Shown in pieces: positions 58,753 through 64,000 of a stretch of DNA of 64,000 nucleotides (position 1 is the stretch's first letter; every line of letters starts with the position of its first letter). The notes under the pieces were generated by a model. It saw nothing but the letters and a program-made list of their open reading frames with translations, ran no database searches and was not told the DNA's origin. Made by a program: the position numbers and the translations under genes. This DNA comes from Bdellovibrionaceae bacterium UBA3535. GTDB taxonomy: Bacteria; Bdellovibrionota; Bdellovibrionia; Bdellovibrionales; UBA840. The DNA lies in NCBI GenBank assembly GCA_002376845.1, contig DFOS01000026.1, positions 66,327 to 130,326 on the forward strand. Reading direction: 5' to 3'.

Positions 58753-58898
58753 ATATTTTTTCCTGCCTAATCTTATTAGATTTCTTCTGACAAGTTTTTT
58801 CGAATGATTATGATACGTTTTGGGGGTGTATCAATTTGAGAAAAGATTATGATTTTTCTTTGCTTTACTCTCTGTAAAAGGCTCGAAAAAATAGATCT

Positions 58899-59489
58899 AT
58901 GCTTTGGTGGATACTCGCTTATTTTACTTATTCCTATTTTTTGCATAGCCACCTGGAGTCCTATTGGGCCTATTCCTCCTACCTTATTGATATTCTATTT
59001 GTTATTGGCTTTGCTTTAATTTTCCATATACGGCCGCATTTCCGTATAGCCTACTCCTGGCAACATCTTCTTGCCATTGCACTTGGTGCACTACTTTGTT
59101 TTGTCATATTTTTTACACCGAGCATTCAATCACCAATGATTATGGACCAGTGGCAAAGTATATTGCTGCTTTGCTTATTTGGCCCCCTACTTGAAGAACT
59201 TCTATACCGCTTTATGTTGATGGAATCCTTATTACGTTTGCAGTTTTCTAAAAAAATAGTGGTACTTGTATCTGCCCTAGCCTTTGCGGCAAGCCACCTC
59301 AAAGCTTACGGCCTTGTTAGTCCGAATTATGAGACTTTTATATTATTCCAAGGAGCCTATACCTTTATGCTAGGTCTTTGGTGGGCCAATGAATATTGTA
59401 AAACGCGCAACCTCTATCACGTTACAATTCTGCATATACTATTTAACTTTGGCTATTGGCTAACTACTTACTATGGTTTCGGCGTTTAA
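58899..59489 (+). CDS. CPBP family (Rce1/CAAX-protease-type) intramembrane glutamic endopeptidase
   Basis: 196 aa, polytopic. Motifs 'LLEELLYR' (EExxxR), 'FAASH' (FxxxH) and 'HILFN' (HxxxN). Confidence 0.8.
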   Translation: MLWWILAYFTYSYFLHSHLESYWAYSSYLIDILFVIGFALIFHIRPHFRIAYSWQHLLAIALGALLCFVIFFTPSIQSPMIMDQWQSILLLCLFGPLLEELLYRFMLMESLLRLQFSKKIVVLVSALAFAASHLKAYGLVSPNYETFILFQGAYTFMLGLWWANEYCKTRNLYHVTILHILFNFGYWLTTYYGFGV

Positions 59490-60293
59490 TTTTTTTAACA
59501 AATCACGATTGTTATGCTTCAAAGCACCTTGCTCCAAAATATAATATTTATGGGCATAGACCTGCTTCAACTTGGCCTTTTCTGCCAAACTAAGATGTTT
59601 CGAGTTCATAAATGGTTTCATGGCCTTTAAGCGCCAAAAGTCCATGGCGTAATACTTTCTTGAAAGTTGATCATCATGACCGCCATACTTTTTAATACAA
59701 GGAGCATCGATAAAACCTACCGAGTGCTTTTCTAAAATACGCAGCCACATTTCGTAATCTTCACAGACCGGAAAATCCTCTCGAAACAAACCAATTTCAT
59801 CAAAAATATCTTTGTGGATCAAAATGCTGGATGGGCTCATCAAACAAAGCTCTAGACTTTGCATAAATATACGCCCCCCCATTTTTTTGTGCTTTTTATG
59901 GGGATTCACTCTTACCCCATTACGTATCCATATCTCTTCGGTATGCAAAACTCGGCAATCTGGATGGGCAATCAAATACTCATCTTGTTTGTCTAGTTTT
60001 CCTTTTAACCACTCATCATCCGAGTCCAAAAAAGCAATCCACTGACTACGAGCACAACGTATCCCCGTATTTCTGGCTGCCGATACTCCTTGATTTTCTG
60101 TACGAAAGTATACAATCCTAGGATCTTTGCTTCTTTTGCGCTCCACCAAATCTCCGGTACCATCGGTAGAGCCATCGTCAATGATGATCAATTCTAAATC
60201 ATGAAAACTTTGTTGCAAAACTGAATCGATGGCTCGTTCTATGGTGTGGGCACGATTGTAAGTGGGGATAATTACCGAAACAAAATCAAGCAT
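59460..60293 (-). CDS. Family 2 glycosyltransferase
   Basis: 'VSVIIPTYNRAHTIERAIDSVLQQSFHDLELIIIDDGSTDGT' and 'FLDSDDEW'. The ATG at 60293 overlaps the upstream gene by 8 nt. Confidence 0.85.
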   Translation of the reverse strand: MLDFVSVIIPTYNRAHTIERAIDSVLQQSFHDLELIIIDDGSTDGTGDLVERKRSKDPRIVYFRTENQGVSAARNTGIRCARSQWIAFLDSDDEWLKGKLDKQDEYLIAHPDCRVLHTEEIWIRNGVRVNPHKKHKKMGGRIFMQSLELCLMSPSSILIHKDIFDEIGLFREDFPVCEDYEMWLRILEKHSVGFIDAPCIKKYGGHDDQLSRKYYAMDFWRLKAMKPFMNSKHLSLAEKAKLKQVYAHKYYILEQGALKHNNRDLLKKLNAETIVSS

Positions 60294-61242
60294 GAACAAT
60301 TGCCTCCGAGTAACCTTGCTCTCGCCACCTTTTTTCAATTTCCGCTAAAGTCTCTTTTGTCACATTTTTGTTGATGGACTTTACCACACCCTCCAACTGC
60401 TCGATATTTCGAGCTCCAACTAGGGGCAAGTCGATAAAATCGTATTTGTTACGAGAAAAATGCAAAGCAAAATCGAGGAGATTTAAATCATAGTCGAACA
60501 AAATACTTTTTAGTTTTTTGACTAATTCAAATTTGGGGTAGTGATTTTGGTTTTTCCACCAAGGCGCCCAAGAGCGGCAATCCTCATCATCAAATTGCCT
60601 CGTTTCATCTACTCGGCCTGTTAAAATGCCTTTGTCCAGTGTAGCATAACCCATTTTCCAAATCTTACGTTCCCCTAAAAACTCGTATCGCTTGGCGGTT
60701 TCAAAATAGGAGAAGGCATTCCAAGAATCTTGAATGGCTTCTATCGAGCATACCTCTTCTGCCCTTTGAAAGTCTTCGGCAAACGTATTGCAAAGACCGA
60801 TATGCCGTATGTCGCCTTTTTCTTTTCTTCTGGCTAAGACCTCCATAGCACTACGAATATCATTTCTAGGGTCCGGCCAATGAATCATATACAAGTCAAT
60901 GGAGTCGCCAGCTAGATCTTGCAAGGATTGATCTAGCATTTTTTCGACCACATCGGGAGCATTGCATTTATCTACGCGCCGGTTTCGATCCCATGTCACC
61001 CCTGCTTTTGAGACAATGAAAGCATCACCGCGAACTTCCTTCAAAGCTTTTGCCAAACGCTTCTCTGAGAGACCAAAACCGTATATTGGTGCGGTATCAA
61101 ATACGCGAAAGCCCAGCTCGAAAGCCTTTTGCACCAAGCGGATCGCATCCTGCTCAGAAATCTTTCCAAATCCATAGCCTCGCCCCTCTCCACTTATGGA
61201 GGCTGCGCCAAAGCCTAAAGGAAAATCCGGAAAATCTTGCAT
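60286..61242 (-). CDS. Aldo/keto reductase
   Basis: 318 aa. 'FDTAPIYGFGLSEKRL', 'IDLYMIHWPD', 'IRHIGLCN'. Confidence 0.85.
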   Translation of the reverse strand: MQDFPDFPLGFGAASISGEGRGYGFGKISEQDAIRLVQKAFELGFRVFDTAPIYGFGLSEKRLAKALKEVRGDAFIVSKAGVTWDRNRRVDKCNAPDVVEKMLDQSLQDLAGDSIDLYMIHWPDPRNDIRSAMEVLARRKEKGDIRHIGLCNTFAEDFQRAEEVCSIEAIQDSWNAFSYFETAKRYEFLGERKIWKMGYATLDKGILTGRVDETRQFDDEDCRSWAPWWKNQNHYPKFELVKKLKSILFDYDLNLLDFALHFSRNKYDFIDLPLVGARNIEQLEGVVKSINKNVTKETLAEIEKRWREQGYSEAIVHA

Positions 61243-61312
61243 ATTTAGGAATTAGCACAAAAAAAATCAGGAAACACTGCATTTTCCGACAAAAATGGCA
61301 TATAGAGGAGGC

Positions 61313-62311
61313 ATGAAAGCTCTAATTTTTGCGCACCGTATGGAAGCCATTGCTTTTTTGGATCATTTGCAACCACGAAGCTGCGAAAAGAACATCTATC
61401 GAAGTGATGATCTTTTCATCACCTACAGTGGTGAGGGGCTGTTTTCAGCCCTCTATCATATACAAAACCTATTGCTGCAATATCCAGAAATTGAAGAGGT
61501 TTGGAACTACGGCCTTGCCGCCTCTTTGAATGGGCAGCAAGAGCTGCATACTATTCAAAGCATCGGCAATATCTACCGCCAAAAAGATCAAGAAAATATG
61601 GATTTTCAAAGCTTTGCTCTCAGTGGAGAAATGGATTTGGTAACAAGTATTGACCGTGTTAATGACGCAAAAACCAAGACCTACCTCTCGCGCTTTGCCA
61701 GCTTGGTGGACCGAGAAGCCTGGGCCTATGCCTACGCATGCCAGAGAACTCATAAAACGTTTCGGGCTTTTAAATTGGTATCCGACTTTGCAGAAGATCT
61801 TGAATGTAGCCAAATTCGCTCGCGTGCAGAGGCGCTTTCATTGATGATGTGGGAAGACTATTTACAGCGTCATTCCAATCCTAGTTTGCCGGCCAAAACT
61901 ATCTCACTGCCAAAAGGATTTTATTTTACCGCAAGCCTTGCGCACCGCTATCGTGAATTAAATAAAAAATTACAAAAAAAACGAGGTTGCAACAGCGAAG
62001 AGCTATTATGCAGTTTAGAAACTAAGAAAATCTTAGAGCTAAAAATATTACCCAAGGAAAAAACAAAAATCTTGTTAGAAAAAATGGAAGAAGCTCTTGA
62101 TCCCGATTTTTTTACATTCAAAAAAAAGCTGCAAGCTAACCTTACCCCATGGAAAGAACAAGAAATTTACTTTGATTTCGGCCCTTATCTAGAGCCCAAC
62201 GAGGGGCAATTACAGATGCGCTTTCAGAACGACAAAGACTTCTTAACAAAGCTACAACGCTTACAAAACATGAAACCTTCTAGCATTTTTCCGGACCCCA
62301 ATGAAAGTTAA
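61313..62311 (+). CDS. Protein with N-terminal PNP_UDP_1 (MTA/SAH-nucleosidase-like) domain and uncharacterised C-terminal half
   Basis: 'MKALIFAHRMEAIAF' and 'LVDREAWAYAYACQRTHKTFRAFKLVSDFAED' match the phosphorylase/nucleosidase family pattern (vdMEgaa...iR.iSD). The start is either 61295 or 61313. Confidence 0.5.
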   Translation: MKALIFAHRMEAIAFLDHLQPRSCEKNIYRSDDLFITYSGEGLFSALYHIQNLLLQYPEIEEVWNYGLAASLNGQQELHTIQSIGNIYRQKDQENMDFQSFALSGEMDLVTSIDRVNDAKTKTYLSRFASLVDREAWAYAYACQRTHKTFRAFKLVSDFAEDLECSQIRSRAEALSLMMWEDYLQRHSNPSLPAKTISLPKGFYFTASLAHRYRELNKKLQKKRGCNSEELLCSLETKKILELKILPKEKTKILLEKMEEALDPDFFTFKKKLQANLTPWKEQEIYFDFGPYLEPNEGQLQMRFQNDKDFLTKLQRLQNMKPSSIFPDPNES

Positions 62312-63305
62312 TAAAATTTTTGTCGAAGAAAATTTGCAGGGACATGAAAGTGTTTCTAGGTTTTGTGAGTCCTTCCCCAAGGCGGAACTACATATTATCG
62401 ACCAATATGAAAACTACTTTCAAAAAGTAAAAAAACCTTATCTGCAAAAACACAATAACAATTCCATATTTTTAGCAGAAAAACGCGGGAACTTGGTGAA
62501 GGCAGCCCCGGACGCCTATGGACTTAGTGGTGAGCCTCACTATTATTATATTCATGCCTATAATTGTATGTATGAATGCCAGTACTGTTACCTTCAAGGC
62601 TACTTTCAGTCGCCCGACTTGGTATTTTTTCTCAATCATGAAGACATTGTTGAATCGATTCGCAGAACTTACAGCGAGCATCCCGAAGGTCGTATGTGGT
62701 TTCACGCCGGAGAGTTCTCTGATTCTTTGGCACTCTCGCACCTAAGCAAGGAACTGCCAATATACTTTCGTGCTTTTCAAGAGTTACCGCGCGCTTACCT
62801 AGAATTAAGAACCAAGTCTGCTAACACAAAGGAACTAGAGAAACTCGATCCGCTAGAAAACATTATCGTAAGTTTTTCTTTCTCCTCGCATACTGCCGCC
62901 AAAAAATACGACTTAAAAACAGCAAGCATTTCGGCTCGTATCCAAGCCATGTACCGTCTTTATACGAAAGGTTACCGATTGGCATTGCACTTGGACCCTA
63001 TTATAGATTCTCCCAACCTTTTTTCTGACTACCAACAGGCTCTAAAAGAACTTTTTGAGAAAATACCAGCGAATTACTTTTCTTACATCTCCCTAGGAGT
63101 TGTGCGTTTTACCAAAGATGTTTTCGAACAAACAGCTCGCAACTACCCTGAAAGCGATATGTTGGCGGCAAACTTTGTAAAATCCTTTGATAACAAAGTT
63201 CGCTACTCCAAACCCCTAAGAGATAAGATACTGTATAATATGCGCGACATGATTCTTCGCATGGGAATCACGAAAGAAAAAATCTACCTCTGTATGGAAG
63301 ATTAG
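62301..63305 (+). CDS. Radical SAM protein, spore-photoproduct-lyase (SplB)-like family
   Basis: CxxxCxxC cluster motif in 'YNCMYECQYCYLQGYF', in the same C-M-x-x-C-x-Y-C-Y-L-Q context I recall for SP lyases. 334 aa. 11-nt overlap with the upstream gene. Confidence 0.65.
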   Translation: MKVNKIFVEENLQGHESVSRFCESFPKAELHIIDQYENYFQKVKKPYLQKHNNNSIFLAEKRGNLVKAAPDAYGLSGEPHYYYIHAYNCMYECQYCYLQGYFQSPDLVFFLNHEDIVESIRRTYSEHPEGRMWFHAGEFSDSLALSHLSKELPIYFRAFQELPRAYLELRTKSANTKELEKLDPLENIIVSFSFSSHTAAKKYDLKTASISARIQAMYRLYTKGYRLALHLDPIIDSPNLFSDYQQALKELFEKIPANYFSYISLGVVRFTKDVFEQTARNYPESDMLAANFVKSFDNKVRYSKPLRDKILYNMRDMILRMGITKEKIYLCMED

Positions 63306-64000
63306 TTCTTAGCAGCCAATTCTTGAATCCTATGAATTCTTTGAATTACCGGCGGATGTGTATATTCAAAAAACACCTTCCAGGGATGTGGATTTAGATT
63401 GGCTAAGGAATCCACACTTAACTTTTTTAAAGCCTCTGCCAAGTCCAAAGGCTTATTGTATGTATCCGCTGCAAATTGATCCGCTTCAAATTCATACTTG
63501 CGGCTCATATGCAGAGACAATAATGAAACCAACGAAGAAATCGGCGAATAAATCATACCAAAAATGATTAGTGACATATAAACACTAGGCTCACTCAAAT
63601 GAAAATCTGCGGCCATAGCTTGATTGTTCATAACCAGAGATAAGAGGTAGAACATAATTCCGCTGCTCATTATCCCGACGAACAATTGTTTATGTATGTG
63701 TTTCAATTTGAAGTGGCCAATTTCATGAGCTAATACGGCAACCAACTCAGAAGTGGAATGCTTATTCACAAGTGTATCAAACAAGACGACCCGGCGCAAT
63801 TTACCAAAACCTGTAAAGTATGCATTGGCCTTAGTAGATCTCTTCGATCCATCCATAGTAAATACACCACTTAGATCAAAGTTTTGCGATTTTGCATAAT
63901 CCTCAATTTCTTTTTTTAGCTCCCCATCTTTAAGCGGCTCAAATTTATTAAATAGTGGCATGATAACTACTGGAGCAAGACTAACTAAGAATATTTGTAT
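63302..64000 (-). CDS. M48 family (Ste24/HtpX-like) zinc metalloprotease, N-terminally truncated by the window edge
   Basis: 'PLFNKFEPL', 'DGSKRSTKANAYFTGFG' and 'HEIGHFKLKH' (HExxH). The frame stays open to position 64000, so the gene continues beyond the window. Confidence 0.8.
   Translation of the reverse strand: MQIFLVSLAPVVIMPLFNKFEPLKDGELKKEIEDYAKSQNFDLSGVFTMDGSKRSTKANAYFTGFGKLRRVVLFDTLVNKHSTSELVAVLAHEIGHFKLKHIHKQLFVGIMSSGIMFYLLSLVMNNQAMAADFHLSEPSVYMSLIIFGMIYSPISSLVSLLSLHMSRKYEFEADQFAADTYNKPLDLAEALKKLSVDSLANLNPHPWKVFFEYTHPPVIQRIHRIQELAAKN

Noticed and set aside
18289-64000. Homologues of all three eukaryotic CAAX-processing enzyme types occur in the window: ICMT-like (18289..18840 and 20479..21249), Rce1-type CPBP (58899..59489) and Ste24-type M48 (63302..64000).
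   Set aside because: They are tens of kb apart in unrelated operons, and bacteria commonly carry these families for other purposes. I treat this as coincidence, not as a system.
1-64000. A search for mobile-element hallmarks: transposase, integrase, tRNA-adjacent islands, and long terminal inverted or direct repeats flanking the A+T-rich 17.2-25.7 kb island.
   Set aside because: No such genes or flanking repeats were recognised by eye. The island hypothesis rests only on composition and gene content.

Overview
This is a 64-kb chromosomal window from a moderately A+T-rich diderm (Gram-negative-type) bacterium. The gene content is reminiscent of Bdellovibrio-like or oligoflexian lineages: many orphan genes with Sec or lipoprotein signals, secreted L,D-transpeptidase-like enzymes, FliA-type promoters in front of secreted proteins, and abundant acyl-CoA metabolism. 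That taxonomic placement is inference only. I call about 55 densely packed protein-coding genes, many of them translationally coupled. I recognised no rRNA, tRNA, CRISPR array, transposase, integrase or phage gene. Housekeeping blocks are the M50 protease-trpS-scpA-scpB operon, acyl-CoA dehydrogenase plus truC, icmF-crotonase-hbd, fadJ-fadI, maeB-hflX and mutM. The most interesting loci are as follows. (1) 56.9-59.5 kb holds an S8 subtilase with a Cys-containing sorting-signal-like segment followed by a transmembrane helix and a PilZ-like tail. It sits behind a sigma-28-type promoter and is divergent from a CPBP (Rce1-type) intramembrane protease. (2) 17.2-25.7 kb is an A+T-rich island carrying an srsABC-like type III PKS / ICMT-methyltransferase / flavin monooxygenase operon, extended by a YceI-like protein and a second membrane methyltransferase. 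A membrane LuxR regulator, an MMPL/RND exporter and a DUF4105 outer-membrane protein flank it. (3) 50.5-55.6 kb is a three-gene translationally coupled envelope operon of unknown function (beta-barrel, 904-aa lipoprotein, 407-aa lipoprotein). (4) 33.9-36.8 kb is a pair of overlapping secreted-protein genes, the larger carrying motifs of an ATP-dependent enzyme fold. It lies next to a divergent stand-alone RelA/SpoT-domain protein. (5) 9.6-11.4 kb is a lipoprotein with ten RCC1-like repeats. (6) 7127-7775 is a 650-bp ORF-free intergenic region with nested inverted repeats, a candidate structured RNA. All functional calls come from reading motifs in the supplied translations. No database search was run.
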